Shown: positions 12,601-23,040 of the stretch, one piece after another
Position numbering within the stretch: the first letter of the stretch is position 1
How the letters are laid out: each line of letters starts with the position of its first letter
Origin: Oopsacas minuta
Lineage: Eukaryota > Animalia > Porifera
DNA length: 64,000 nt
Direction: 5' to 3'
NCBI GenBank assembly: GCA_024704765.1
Contig: JAKMXF010000297.1
Span: 62,001 to 126,000, forward strand
The notes under the pieces: model-generated
Seen by the model: the letters and a program-made list of their open reading frames with translations, nothing else
Database searches by the model: none
Told to the model about the DNA's origin: nothing
Position numbers and translations under genes: made by a program

Positions 12601-15600
12601 ACAGAGTCGTTAAGAAGGAGATGAAGGTAGGTGGGGATGCACCCAGAGCAATACTCAACATCATAGAGACTCCAGAAGATGCACTCTACCATCATTTATC
12701 TCAACTACACAATCCATCATACAACATTTTACAGCACGATAATTTATCCAGGAAAGCGAATGAGCATTTAACTGAAGGAATTTTAGCATTCGCTACGTAC
12801 ATGTTTGAGAATACAGTTGGTCCTGACTCATTCGTGAATATTCTCCTTGACCTGACTCAATATGATAACCTTGATCTAGTAACAACTGCTCTCCGTCTAC
12901 TTAACAATCAATTCATGGTTGAGAATAATCTCTTCGAGAGAGCTATTCAGACTCAAGTGTTAATTAACGATAATTCTATTGAATTATTCAAAAACACAGA
13001 TCGAAATCTCCCTGAATTCCGTCGTCTATTGAAGGCATCACTCACTAACAGTGATATATGTAACCGTTTGATTGGTTTATTAGTTACTTTTGTTGAAGCT
13101 TGTGAACTGCCGAATGATAGAACAGAAGCACATCAACAGAATCAAAAGATCCTATACAACTTCGGAATACTAGAGGACGTAATGACCTTGCTTGAGAAAA
13201 CACAAGATGATCGCACTCCACTGGTTACTTCCTCACAGGCCGGTATGACTGCAGAAGATGGACCTACTCGGCTAGCTAAAGTAGCATGTGTTCTCTTATG
13301 TAGGATGGCAACAGACAACCTCGTGGTACAACAACGGTTGTACAATCGTCTCGAGATCCTAACTAATGAAACATTATTTGATTGTGCTCCTCACCAGTTG
13401 TCCAGCTTACTAACTCAACTATTTACAGGGGCACAGGACATTGTGATGAACGTGAAAGCAGATGACATCAAGTTGATCTGCTCACTGATGAGACCCAGAG
13501 ATACCCTACAGCTGGAAGATATTCCTCCTATCATAGAAATCCTGAAGGCAATTACAAAAGTAGAAGAAATAGATCTTCCTCTTCATTTCAATCAAGTTCA
13601 CATTATGAACAGCTTTATGCCAATCAAGCCTAAACACATTGATAATATTCTCGGAACAGAAGATGGGAAATCTGCTAGGAGGATGGAGCTGTTGAATTCT
13701 GAAAACCCTCAAGATGATGATTTGATAATACTTAATTTGATGTTATCTACATACGATCTGATGGCCTCACTCTGTGAAGGAGAGAACCTACATCACGAAT
13801 CAGTTTGTCAGTCAATGATTACACAAGAAGAACTTCTTGAAATTCTCAACAACAAGAAATTACCTTTCGATAGGAAATACCAGTTCGCCTCCTTTTTCAA
13901 CTGGGTCTACCTGAACACTCATAAGACCTCTTCTAGTTATGACGGGGCCAGTGTAGATGATGATCCAGCTTTCTGGGAATTCCTTGAGAACACAAATGAT
14001 GTTTTATCCGCCATGTTAGCTTACTTGGACAGAACTTCTCCAGAGGAAGCCTCAAATATCAGAAAGACTATTCGTAACCAGGGTGATAGTTCTCTAAAAT
14101 CTGATATATCTGGTTCAGATGCTAAATCTTCCATGCTGTATATTGGCACTTTCGATTTCGGTTTAATTAACTATCTGATGAAAGGTATCCTCCCTATTAT
14201 CCTAGTGTTCTACCCTCGATACTTCTCTACCCGTAAGAAGGAAGATGAAGCTCTCAAGGCGTTTGACCCCTTGATGATATCATTCAGTATTTGTGGGAAA
14301 CTTTTCGAGCTTTCAATCAAGTTACAGACATTCCTAGCTACCCAATATCATGCTAAGCTACTCTATAACGCAGCTCTTGCTATACTAACACACCCAGAGA
14401 TCAGATCACTGCCTCTTGATAAGATTGCTTCTTATGTAGACAGTGAACAGCTCAAACAATTCTCATTTTTAGTTAGAGATGAGAATAAATTCGTTGCTCA
14501 ACCAATCAGAGACTACAATCTTGAATATATGGCAGAGATACAATTGAATGATCAGTTCAATACTTACGTTAAACATATTAGGAGAGCATATTGGCGTAAG
14601 AACACGGTTAAAGACCAAATTGGAGCAATGCACCACACTCCTTATTCACAGTTCCTGGATCCTCTTTGTGAACATCCTTCTCCTGATGCTATGCCTCTAG
14701 GTCCTTCGTTCCAAAAACATTTGAAATTATTCTTTAAACACACAGACGATGGTTGTAAAGTAGAACACTCAATCGCGAGAAGTATTGTTTTACAGCTAAA
14801 ATATTCGTATGACAACTTTTATAATCTGAATGAGAGGGAGAAGTTAAAACAGGAACGACTTGACACTAAATCTTTACAGCTGTTACGTGGTGCAATTCAC
14901 AATGAAATTTTGTATATCGACCCAACATTGAAAGACGACAGGCCAGTACAGTTTAGAAATGAATTGGAAAAAGTTGAGTATGTTCAGAAAGCAATAGAAG
15001 ATCTTGATAACACTTGTATCAAGGCTTTAATATTGATAGATCATCCTAGCAAATCTGTTTCTTCTCAGAGCATAGCTCTACTCGCTGACATGCTGTATGG
15101 AGGTAACGAGTATATTCAAACACAGCTTCAAGCTTTAGCTGATACACGTGAAGAGAAATTCTTTGATCAGATGGAAGCTATCCTATTCTATGGTGGCAAT
15201 AGTTTGGTAGAGAGTCGGTCTCTTGCTGATGAACTCGAGAAACGAAGTTCATTCTTCAAAGAAATGAGAGAGCATCTTAGTCAATTGGTTATCCTCCTCA
15301 CAGACGCACCAAGACCTACAACTGCAGAACTCCGTAGATCTCCTACATTCACTACTGTGGACAGAGACGATGAAGGTGATAAGAAGCCTCTCGTATTGGA
15401 TAAAAGTGCCATTGAGTTACAGCCTGTAGTCCGAACTAATTTGAGCCTTGATTTAAACGCTCCGTTATCTTATAACGAACAACCAACAAAGTTTGGTGAA
15501 GAACCTGAAGAAACAGTTAATATATTATCAAGGATGGAACTGATCCGAGAAGAAGCTCAGATGATGGCTGCAGCTGGAGCTAGTGATTCTGCACTACAAG

Positions 15601-17777
15601 GAGTTGCATATCAGAATAACCTTAGAAATATACAGGTATCATTCAGACTGATGGGTCTTATGTGTGATGGTCAGCAAAAGTTTCTACAGGATTATTTCCG
15701 TGAACAGCCAGATAATCCTGAGAATATTAACATGGTGATAAAGACAGTAAACTTCCTAAAGATATTCTACACAGATATCAATCAAGATAATATCGGTCTA
15801 GTCGAAGAGGTGTTCAGATCTTTAACTGAATTTGTTAGTGGAAACTTTGATAATCAGAACGATGCTTACGGCGCTAAAATAATGGATGTTGTTAATCGCA
15901 TATTTCAAACTCCAACATTTAAATCTTGCTCTCTTGGAGATATGGTAAACTTATATGACTCGATAATACGTTTCCTACAAGTGATGCTGGAGGAGACTAG
16001 CCTACAGACCAAGGTCCTAGCTAAAGAACTGTACACTGTATTGGATATTGGTAGTGTTCATCAGGTGATTGCATTGCTCTATCAAGTTAGAAGTGATAAC
16101 ACTGTGGATAGCGCTATCCGAGATATAGCTGATGAAGATTTATTCCGTTTATACCATTTTATCATTCACTTACGTGATTTTGACGCTATCCTACAATCTG
16201 AAGATAGTTCCCGTATAATTCCCCAGGAGAATGTAGATCAAGAATCAGTACTGAGAGCCTGGAATTTCTGTACAAACCGGTCTAAATCCGTCGAGGTAAC
16301 ATACTACACAGAAGACAACACACCTATCTTAAACAAGGTTCATTTCAAGAGTTTAGATTCAGGGAACTTATCAGAGGATGTTCGAGAAAATGTGAAATGG
16401 AATATTAACCGCGATTCTGCAGAGGACAAACTTAGAGACTTTTTAGACTGGTTCAAAGCTGTGAAAATCGACCAAAATTACAGCTACAAATTAAGAAATA
16501 CCTTTGGGATAAAGTTATACCTCAAATTTCAAACTTTCAGAAAATACTTTTTCTTACTTTGGTCTCTCCTGATAAACATCTTTTTACTGTCAACTTGGAA
16601 CTCTCCTTGCGTTTCTGTTAGCACTAACACAATTAATGACACTACAATGTATAGTTGCAGTAGAGTTAATCCAGAGGTAGTGCTTACCCCACCAATCCCA
16701 CCTGTAGTCCCAGATTGGTATAGTTATGCGTTCTTCCCACTTGGCGCTATCCACCTCTTGCTTGCTCTAGATCTCTTAATATTATTCTATATCGTGAATG
16801 GTATTAACTTTTATATCCCAGGTATTTTCCATCGAATTATTCCGGTAGGATTTGATAAGAGGAATTATCGCATCAAGTGGAAGCAGCCTCCAGAAAGAAG
16901 GTATCTTCAGATTAACATCATTGGTCCTAAGGTTATTTTTATCTGGATGATCTTCCTTTCTTCCATACTTTCACTACCATTCCATGGGTACTTCTACCCA
17001 ATTTCCCTGCTTTTCATTTTGGAGAGGAGTGATATATTACAACGTGTGTTGCTAGCTGTTACTAAGAATGGGAAATCTCTCATTTTCGTTGCAATATTCG
17101 GGGTTATTGTGATATATATATTCTCAGTTGCTGGATTTGCTCTATTCTACGAGCAGGCACAAGCTACCATTGAACCTGGCAATTCAGAGTACGTATTCTG
17201 TAGAAATCTTTTTGAGTGTTTCATCAGTATAGGTAGATGGGGTCTTATAGAAACAGTAGCGGTCATTCTTCCTCAGAGAACTGCAAATTTTGTTGGAGAA
17301 ATAGACCGTATTATCTTCGATGTATTATTCTTTGTCATTGTTACGGTGATTGGATTGAATATCGTGTTTGGTATAATAGTGGATACATTCTCAGAGCTTA
17401 GGGACGAGAAGTACTCACAGGAGAAAGACATGAAGAGTGTGTGCTTCATTTGTGGAATTGAAAACTACCTCTTTGACCGGAAGGGGAAAGGCTTCAAGAC
17501 TCATGTCAAACATGAACACAACATGTGGGACTATTACAGCTTCTTCCTGTATCTAGATAGCGTGGATCCTAGCGACCATACTGCAACTGAAAGCTTTGTG
17601 TTCAAGAAGTTGGAAGAGGATGAGACTATCTTCTTTCCTCAAAATGCTGCACGCTCCATCCCGGTTGAAGAAGACGAGACTGCACATGAACTGACCATAC
17701 TTGTCAACAAACTTGAAGAACAATCCAACCAACTCAAGGACATTCTGAATAGAGTAAAGAAACTCGAGAAAAACTAG
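9681..17777 (+). CDS. ITPR: Inositol 1,4,5-trisphosphate receptor-like Ca2+ release channel, 2698 aa, intronless and divergent
   Basis: N-terminal suppressor/MIR beta-trefoils (YGSYVQLQH, TYWEIE), RIH segments (RQKLLRNLGI, DSRKNENY), RIH-associated region (RLMGLMCDGQQKFLQDYFREQ), six TM helices, LNIVFGIIVDTFSELRDEK and C2H2 CFICG...HVKHEHNMWDY. Confidence 0.93.
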   Translation: MSISDHNPERRGTTFNEKSLDSGDYTMSLSSHPQESLRYGDSIYLVVTGTEPNSIKLVTSYISSPIHLIVTLDEHSYGEDSDPIPDLHMAAFRVLAPNKSQAQDGLTKFMDKLGGRKKLTPEEDNHNFLLKKEVESESKENRSEQKRLIGKEIVYGSYVQLQHHYSGDYLGVSDSQTSVVDRASLKVTLFETNGDHVQFKITPKYKVSNIGDKIRIEDQIVLENVKAQQYLHISNSEIRNSFYGINPNSHEVNASAIDSAFSIYSHIRLEHEITSSQIQNIRGGSVLRLYHLQVQCYVVAAGSCGFDDDQITTEVITNDVHLRTRQIKFGDLKPPSTSAITYWEIELARSPLSGDELKYDEPCRLKHLLTQRYLSIVTAKDQLEMKLVKLSEDASGIDTCFVFKPFINEGKELIEFESYARIYHPNTNSWVKASDKPYESDHVATGPLAMSGFRWDNATCYQVLVEPSKGYHDAFTLEQVDDELLGHFHYVLGYLTVIRNYLLSYNIEIKTSTAMERSLQNLADWMFDVVDNKDRKKRQKLLRNLGIIELMMEIQNRFKEIPHDMRTGLNYERRKNTTKKIYKVIEAYLKGDSRKNENYTAKFIPIFESHFDLNINAEATLIELVRDNKAIIAQFSENFHKVTEELFVKLSATKNSEIFYYFGVMCVANMNPIQENQIVLAKQLLLPEVQESIFLMKLDDPNGDTPTLLATSPIQPEGYKLLSEYVSKHDQNIIRPTFQYLRAQLDFFSNLCQGNNEKAIRTLQQQFSFEVVFSGLTDELIHPLIRVKFAQLINTMFIDVGANRAVLENLTLTFIYEDCTENPGEEEQGASNIALSGVENVYFPRMRDWFKEFFNNLVIYGHEEYTYSNQLIAAVLDMLLLFVKFGYYDDHEDADVLLNLLINILNGKKDRYFPRDGKSKDLPPAYAFFRKTGRYQKTKANAPIFDVKVKCLQIFELFMNFRFYKRLQRLLFLYRVVKKEMKVGGDAPRAILNIIETPEDALYHHLSQLHNPSYNILQHDNLSRKANEHLTEGILAFATYMFENTVGPDSFVNILLDLTQYDNLDLVTTALRLLNNQFMVENNLFERAIQTQVLINDNSIELFKNTDRNLPEFRRLLKASLTNSDICNRLIGLLVTFVEACELPNDRTEAHQQNQKILYNFGILEDVMTLLEKTQDDRTPLVTSSQAGMTAEDGPTRLAKVACVLLCRMATDNLVVQQRLYNRLEILTNETLFDCAPHQLSSLLTQLFTGAQDIVMNVKADDIKLICSLMRPRDTLQLEDIPPIIEILKAITKVEEIDLPLHFNQVHIMNSFMPIKPKHIDNILGTEDGKSARRMELLNSENPQDDDLIILNLMLSTYDLMASLCEGENLHHESVCQSMITQEELLEILNNKKLPFDRKYQFASFFNWVYLNTHKTSSSYDGASVDDDPAFWEFLENTNDVLSAMLAYLDRTSPEEASNIRKTIRNQGDSSLKSDISGSDAKSSMLYIGTFDFGLINYLMKGILPIILVFYPRYFSTRKKEDEALKAFDPLMISFSICGKLFELSIKLQTFLATQYHAKLLYNAALAILTHPEIRSLPLDKIASYVDSEQLKQFSFLVRDENKFVAQPIRDYNLEYMAEIQLNDQFNTYVKHIRRAYWRKNTVKDQIGAMHHTPYSQFLDPLCEHPSPDAMPLGPSFQKHLKLFFKHTDDGCKVEHSIARSIVLQLKYSYDNFYNLNEREKLKQERLDTKSLQLLRGAIHNEILYIDPTLKDDRPVQFRNELEKVEYVQKAIEDLDNTCIKALILIDHPSKSVSSQSIALLADMLYGGNEYIQTQLQALADTREEKFFDQMEAILFYGGNSLVESRSLADELEKRSSFFKEMREHLSQLVILLTDAPRPTTAELRRSPTFTTVDRDDEGDKKPLVLDKSAIELQPVVRTNLSLDLNAPLSYNEQPTKFGEEPEETVNILSRMELIREEAQMMAAAGASDSALQGVAYQNNLRNIQVSFRLMGLMCDGQQKFLQDYFREQPDNPENINMVIKTVNFLKIFYTDINQDNIGLVEEVFRSLTEFVSGNFDNQNDAYGAKIMDVVNRIFQTPTFKSCSLGDMVNLYDSIIRFLQVMLEETSLQTKVLAKELYTVLDIGSVHQVIALLYQVRSDNTVDSAIRDIADEDLFRLYHFIIHLRDFDAILQSEDSSRIIPQENVDQESVLRAWNFCTNRSKSVEVTYYTEDNTPILNKVHFKSLDSGNLSEDVRENVKWNINRDSAEDKLRDFLDWFKAVKIDQNYSYKLRNTFGIKLYLKFQTFRKYFFLLWSLLINIFLLSTWNSPCVSVSTNTINDTTMYSCSRVNPEVVLTPPIPPVVPDWYSYAFFPLGAIHLLLALDLLILFYIVNGINFYIPGIFHRIIPVGFDKRNYRIKWKQPPERRYLQINIIGPKVIFIWMIFLSSILSLPFHGYFYPISLLFILERSDILQRVLLAVTKNGKSLIFVAIFGVIVIYIFSVAGFALFYEQAQATIEPGNSEYVFCRNLFECFISIGRWGLIETVAVILPQRTANFVGEIDRIIFDVLFFVIVTVIGLNIVFGIIVDTFSELRDEKYSQEKDMKSVCFICGIENYLFDRKGKGFKTHVKHEHNMWDYYSFFLYLDSVDPSDHTATESFVFKKLEEDETIFFPQNAARSIPVEEDETAHELTILVNKLEEQSNQLKDILNRVKKLEKN

Positions 17778-18629
17778 CTACTGAACTTATAGTAAATTAT
17801 TAGATTTTAATTCATTCGTTTAGATTTCTTTTCTTACTTTTAGCTTTTGCTTTTAACCCAGTATATTTTATTTATTTTATTACCATTTATAGCCAGCTGT
17901 TGGCATGGTTATATATGTTTGTATGTGTTTATCTCTATTTAGATTTTAGTTTTGATCTGTAATAAAATATATGAGATTATTAATATTATGTATGATATCC
18001 AGGGAGGGTTAATTTCAATAAATTAATTATTCAGAATGCAAATAACTGTATCGTGGTGATGTTAATAATTAAGTGACGTAGTTGAGAATGTAATATTTAT
18101 ACATATCATCTTCAAAACAAAAGTTAATCATTTATATATTCTCCTTTTCACAGAATTAGATTGATGTATTTTCATTTCATTCCTAATATTATTTGTTGAC
18201 AATACACATTACTGTCCATACATTACGTATGTTGCCAGGTGGCTGGAGCAATCAACCTATTTAGCGACGAGTATCACACGGTTGCTGGTCGGAAACATCT
18301 ATAAATATACCTGTGCTGTCTGTTAAGGATATATTTATGACTATTTCACTTACTCCATTTGCAAATCTTCGTTGCTATAGATTGCCATATTCTTAAATTG
18401 TTGCAGCACTCAGTTACAAAATCATCAGTTTTAATCCATTACGTTAACTTTCCCATGTAGGCCAGTGTTCCTTTTTCAGCTCTGCTATGTACCCCTTATC
18501 TATTTTATATGTGGACCACTCCTGAAAAACCAAAAACATAAATCTACTCTTGATAAACATATCAGATGATGTAATTGTAAATTTGGTAATTTGAGTAATA
18601 AATAATTGAATTGTTATTGTTCACATAGA

Positions 18630-19265
18630 ATGAACAACCTCTACACCAGTCCTCCTCCAATTGCTGTGAGTGAAGAGCTGTATGAAAACGCTGAAACTAT
18701 ACTCCGCAATAGTTCACAGCCGAATTATAGTTTCGTTTCAAACAGTGATACCCTGATCCATCCTGTAGCCTGTTCCCCACCTCAATCCGCTCAGAAGAGC
18801 TATGAACTGGCTGATCTCTACGATGAGCTTCAACGATACAAAAGAGACAACGAAGCTCTGAGAAAAAATTTAGATTTCACATATAATAAACATGAAGAAA
18901 TTGTTAGAAGATTGCAGACAAAGATATTTGACCTTGAGAAGGAAAGAGAAATAATACCTGTTACTAGGCCACCAGCTACACGATCTGAATCTGTTTGCTA
19001 CGATCGTATGCCTAATATGCATGCCAATCTGTCAGAACTATCCAAATATAGAGATGAAGCCATGAATCTACAGGCAGTGGTTGTCGCGTACCAAGAAGAC
19101 GTAAAGAACATCAACGAACAACTAAATGAGTGTCAGAGAGCTAAGAACGTTTTGTCCAGAGAGGCTCAGGAGAGAAATGAGAAGATTGTAGGTTTGGAGA
19201 ATGAAATTGCTTCTCTCACATTTCTTCTCAAAGATTATTCATCAGCAAGGAATGTTAATCTTTAA
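18630..19265 (+). CDS. Uncharacterised coiled-coil protein (first ATG 18630; the ORF track starts at TTG 18606)
   Basis: Open frame of ~210 codons with two heptad-rich segments. An acceptor-like cacatag sits just before the ATG, so a 5' exon is possible. Confidence 0.65.
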   Translation: MNNLYTSPPPIAVSEELYENAETILRNSSQPNYSFVSNSDTLIHPVACSPPQSAQKSYELADLYDELQRYKRDNEALRKNLDFTYNKHEEIVRRLQTKIFDLEKEREIIPVTRPPATRSESVCYDRMPNMHANLSELSKYRDEAMNLQAVVVAYQEDVKNINEQLNECQRAKNVLSREAQERNEKIVGLENEIASLTFLLKDYSSARNVNL

Positions 19266-19471
19266 TTTGATTATTTCAGTATTTGGAATTTTGTAATGCA
19301 GCTGTACATACATATACATGTTGAATTCTTTGTTTGTTTATATGCTTAAATAATATATGCGTACATATATGGATATTTTGACATATGATCACGTCATCGA
19401 TATTAGTTGTGTACTCCGGAGAATTATGAATATATATATACATTTCAAAACGAACAGGTTTATACCTAGAG

Positions 19472-21544
19472 ATGGAGAGTAAGGTAGACATCGTTCAGTT
19501 AAATGTAGGAGGTCGTAGATTCACTACCTCTAAACAGACTCTAACTTGGATACCTGAATCATTCTTTGTGAGTCTTCTAAGTGGACGTATACCGTCAATG
19601 CGTGATGAGATTGGAGCAATATTTATTGATAGAGATCCAGACATGTTTGAGATAATTCTACATTTTATGCGCACCAAAGAAGTAAATCCTAAAGGTCATA
19701 ATATTCGTAATCTCCGTACAGAAGCTGAGTATTACGGCCTACAGCCGTTAGTTATCCGGTTGAATCTATGTGACGAGTTAGAAAGGTCTCTATGTGGAGA
19801 CATCCTATTCTCTGGAATTATGCACCCACAGGACTTCACAACGGACCAAGAATCTACCTTATCGGTCCAATCTAGCTCTACAGACTCTAGTAGTATGGTG
19901 CTAACAATGACCAGCTGTGGTAATTGGGTGGGTGTAGCTTACATACATCACATCTGTTGCTACAGTCTAGAGGAAAGTATGGGGTGGCAACGAAGCTTCT
20001 ACTCTCCTCTCCTCTCCAAACCTCCTGAAAAGATTACTCTTAACACGAAGGGACACTTAATGCTAGCTGCTTCATTCGGTAATGAAATAAAATTATGGAA
20101 TTGTAAGCCTCAAGCTCAGCAAGTGGAAATAGGTACATTTGACCTGAAGAGTCCAGTTAGTGCTCTATTCTTCATTGGTCCTCAGCTAGTGGCGATTAGC
20201 AGTGTTGGGAAGGTAGGAGTATGGCATTATAGCAATCAGAACTGGACAGCTCAAGGGGTGTACGAAATAACCAGTTATACCTCCGTAGGATCTCTCCTTG
20301 TATGGGGGTCATCTAACGGAATTATAAACTCTATAGACGTACAGAAGTTCCCTCTCCGTATGAGTGACAATGATCTCTTGATAGTAGAGCTATTCAATGA
20401 CCCTCTGCATGAACCTCCTACAGCCATGAGTGTGTTTGGTAACCCAGGAGCTGGTAACGTGAGGAACAGCTGGAGTGACGTAGAGTCGATAGGTAGATGG
20501 CTAGAAGTGGCTTATGGTACCACTAGTGGTAAGATTAGGATTGTAGTACAACATCCTGAGAACTTTGGTCACGGTTTTCAGATTGTACAAACTCTGACTG
20601 TCCATACTAGTCAGATTTATACTATGTTCTTGGGAGAGAAACATCTAATATCTGTGTGTGCAGATCTTCACGTCAGGACATGGAAACTGACTCGATTCAG
20701 AGGCAGACTTGCCACCCAACCCGGACCCACCCCCCTCGCATCCTACCGTCTCCTCTCCCTTGACGCTGCTGTATGTACCCCTCTCTGCTCATTTCAGGGT
20801 CCCTTCGGAGAGCTAGACAACCAACAAGTATTTCTACAGAAAGTTGTACCTGACACTAACACTTTGTTTGTACGTCTATCTTCAACCGGAGCTCGTGTCT
20901 CTAAGATACAATCTGTAGATAATAGTAACATAACAGCTTACTACGTACACGAGTGCGAAGCTCTAGGGAGGCTAGGCTATAGACCTAGGAAGTTTGTATT
21001 CACAGGACATATAAACGGTAGTGTACAGTTATGGGACTTAACTCATACTCTCAATTCACTGAGTGAGAATACAACTGATATGACAGAAGGTGGACCCAAA
21101 CAATCTGAGTTATTAGATCTCTTAAAGCATTGCGATCTGTCTACGTCTAGATCATCTAGTCGTGTGACGTCAGTAAATCCCTCTCCTAGTCCCTCTGTAC
21201 TCAGCGTGAGGTTCCCACAGCTCCGTCCCTCTATTCCTATTACTGTCAACACGCACAGCCCTCTCCTTAGAAGAACTGCATCTCTCCATAGTATAACTAC
21301 TCTCAATTCCTATCTGAGACAGCCCTACTTGCTTACCCGTACAGACTCCTCTAGTAATTCTAGTATCTACACAGATGAACATGAGTTTACTTTGGGAGAT
21401 GGCATCAGTCAAATCGTAACCCCCTCTCCCTTAGAGCCTATATACTCACAAGACAATAACTCCCCTCTGACAGAGAACAATACTCCCACAGCTCAACCTC
21501 ACTTCAACTTATTCATTCAAGATAAACCAGATGCTGATGTATGA
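19472..21544 (+). CDS. KCTD3: BTB/POZ plus WD40-like protein, KCTD3/SHKBP1 family
   Basis: VQLNVGGRRFTTSKQTLTWIPESFFVSLLSGRI and IFIDRDP (BTB), then DVQKFPLRMSDNDLLIVELFNDP, EVAYGTTSGKIRIVVQHPE and FTGHINGSVQLWDL. Confidence 0.93.
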   Translation: MESKVDIVQLNVGGRRFTTSKQTLTWIPESFFVSLLSGRIPSMRDEIGAIFIDRDPDMFEIILHFMRTKEVNPKGHNIRNLRTEAEYYGLQPLVIRLNLCDELERSLCGDILFSGIMHPQDFTTDQESTLSVQSSSTDSSSMVLTMTSCGNWVGVAYIHHICCYSLEESMGWQRSFYSPLLSKPPEKITLNTKGHLMLAASFGNEIKLWNCKPQAQQVEIGTFDLKSPVSALFFIGPQLVAISSVGKVGVWHYSNQNWTAQGVYEITSYTSVGSLLVWGSSNGIINSIDVQKFPLRMSDNDLLIVELFNDPLHEPPTAMSVFGNPGAGNVRNSWSDVESIGRWLEVAYGTTSGKIRIVVQHPENFGHGFQIVQTLTVHTSQIYTMFLGEKHLISVCADLHVRTWKLTRFRGRLATQPGPTPLASYRLLSLDAAVCTPLCSFQGPFGELDNQQVFLQKVVPDTNTLFVRLSSTGARVSKIQSVDNSNITAYYVHECEALGRLGYRPRKFVFTGHINGSVQLWDLTHTLNSLSENTTDMTEGGPKQSELLDLLKHCDLSTSRSSSRVTSVNPSPSPSVLSVRFPQLRPSIPITVNTHSPLLRRTASLHSITTLNSYLRQPYLLTRTDSSSNSSIYTDEHEFTLGDGISQIVTPSPLEPIYSQDNNSPLTENNTPTAQPHFNLFIQDKPDADV

Positions 21545-21641
21545 CTGTTATAGTATTATTAATTATTCACATTACTGTTGTTATCATGTAAATATACCAA
21601 GTGGATAAGTTCATTTTTGATTATTTACAATTCGTTCTGTT

Positions 21642-22043
21642 ATGTCAGCTACCATGCCCAACTCTGGGATGTTAGACCACATTCGTTATAAGACACCGAC
21701 CCTGAATATGAGAGGCATCCGTTATGACGTCAACTGGCTCCCCTCTAAGCCACATACAGCGCTGGGCTATCATACACCCCGTCCTTCCGCGAAGTACTCC
21801 AGACACAGGAGCGGTATTTTCACACCTACAAACCCCCCTCCAACTGCGAGGAGCTTTTCTTCTCCTATCAATACCGTCCACCAGTCTCCAGGTCACAATC
21901 TAATCAGACAGATGAGGAATAACGAGTTATCTCCCTTCTTCACGCTCGGTAAAGTAACATGTGGGTATTACTACGATAGGTCTACAGATCATAAGAAGCG
22001 ATTCACAGGACTTATTGCTACCGACCCTGTCAAGTGGAGATGA
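21642..22043 (+). CDS. Uncharacterised 133-aa protein
   Basis: ATG-initiated ORF with coding-like GC content between two genes; C-terminal CGYYYDRSTDHKKRFTG...DPVKWR looks like a conserved motif, but I do not recognise the family. Confidence 0.6.
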   Translation: MSATMPNSGMLDHIRYKTPTLNMRGIRYDVNWLPSKPHTALGYHTPRPSAKYSRHRSGIFTPTNPPPTARSFSSPINTVHQSPGHNLIRQMRNNELSPFFTLGKVTCGYYYDRSTDHKKRFTGLIATDPVKWR

Positions 22044-22322
22044 TATTAATTCATATAATAACCTAATCTAACCCCCACCACTTTCTGTTATAGATATATT
22101 TTATTTATGCTCTATCCCATTTATCCAATACTTCATTTTACTTATACAGTCTATAGTGTATATTGTTAATTAATCTAGCTTTATATGTAAGACATAACAT
22201 CCATTGTTTAGACTCTTTAGACAATTATTCCGATTGTTCGAGCTATTTCAAATGGTTATTTATCATGTCTTCATATATTTTTCATAAAATTTTAGTTTGA
22301 GATTATTTCTACTTATTGATTG

Positions 22323-22481
22323 ATGGGAAGGAAGAAGGCTTACGTGGTAGTACGAGTGCTTAGTCTAGCGGGGACCGGATTCTTCTATAGTATGAGGAGG
22401 AAGAGGGCAGATCCCAAGATTACTATGATAAGATTTGATCCTGTAGTTAAATCAAAGGTATTATTTTCTGAGAAAAAATGA
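22323..22481 (+). CDS. MRPL33: Mitochondrial ribosomal protein bL33m, 52 aa (below the ORF-track cutoff)
   Basis: Manual translation MGRKKAYVVVRVLSLAGTGFFYSMRRKRADPKITMIRFDPVVKSKVLFSEKK* carries the L33 motifs S-x-AGTGFFY and FDPVV...VLF-x-EKK. Confidence 0.9.
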   Translation: MGRKKAYVVVRVLSLAGTGFFYSMRRKRADPKITMIRFDPVVKSKVLFSEKK

Positions 22482-22925
22482 AAACTATTATTATTTATCT
22501 TTAACTGAGCCTTACTGATTCTATGGGCATCTCAACGTATGAATATAATTTGAATTTTAGTAGGTTCATCATCAATATGCTTCAAACTCCGCAAATACTA
22601 TCCATTGTATGATACGAGTCAGCTGTCAGCATTTCATTATCATTATCTCATAATATTTTTATGCAATTATGTCTTCACCATAGACTATTTTTAATTAGTT
22701 ATTGTGTTGAACTATATCAAGCAGGTTATGCTTCTAAATTTATCGTATACTCACAATTATCTAGCAAAGACGCTTCGGAATCATTAAGATTATTCATAAT
22801 ACAGAGTCAATTACGTGAATAGGCGAAATTCGTACAATTAACTGCTATGAATGTTATGAATGATATTTATTATTATTATTATTGATAATAATAATAATAA
22901 TAAAATAATTGGAGCTGATTTTAAC

Positions 22926-22950
22926 TACAGTAGACCTCGGATAGCACGTA
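22926..22950. mobile_element. Solo pogo/Tigger-like TIR remnant
   Basis: TA|CAGTAGACCTCGGATAGC resembles pogo-type left termini; no partner TIR found. Confidence 0.3.
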
Positions 22951-23040
22951 CAAATCTTGTTACCAGAAAGAATATCTCTTACCTGAGTTCTTATGTAATA
23001 GTGGTCTCATTTAATTCATTAATAACTTAGCTCTAAATTG

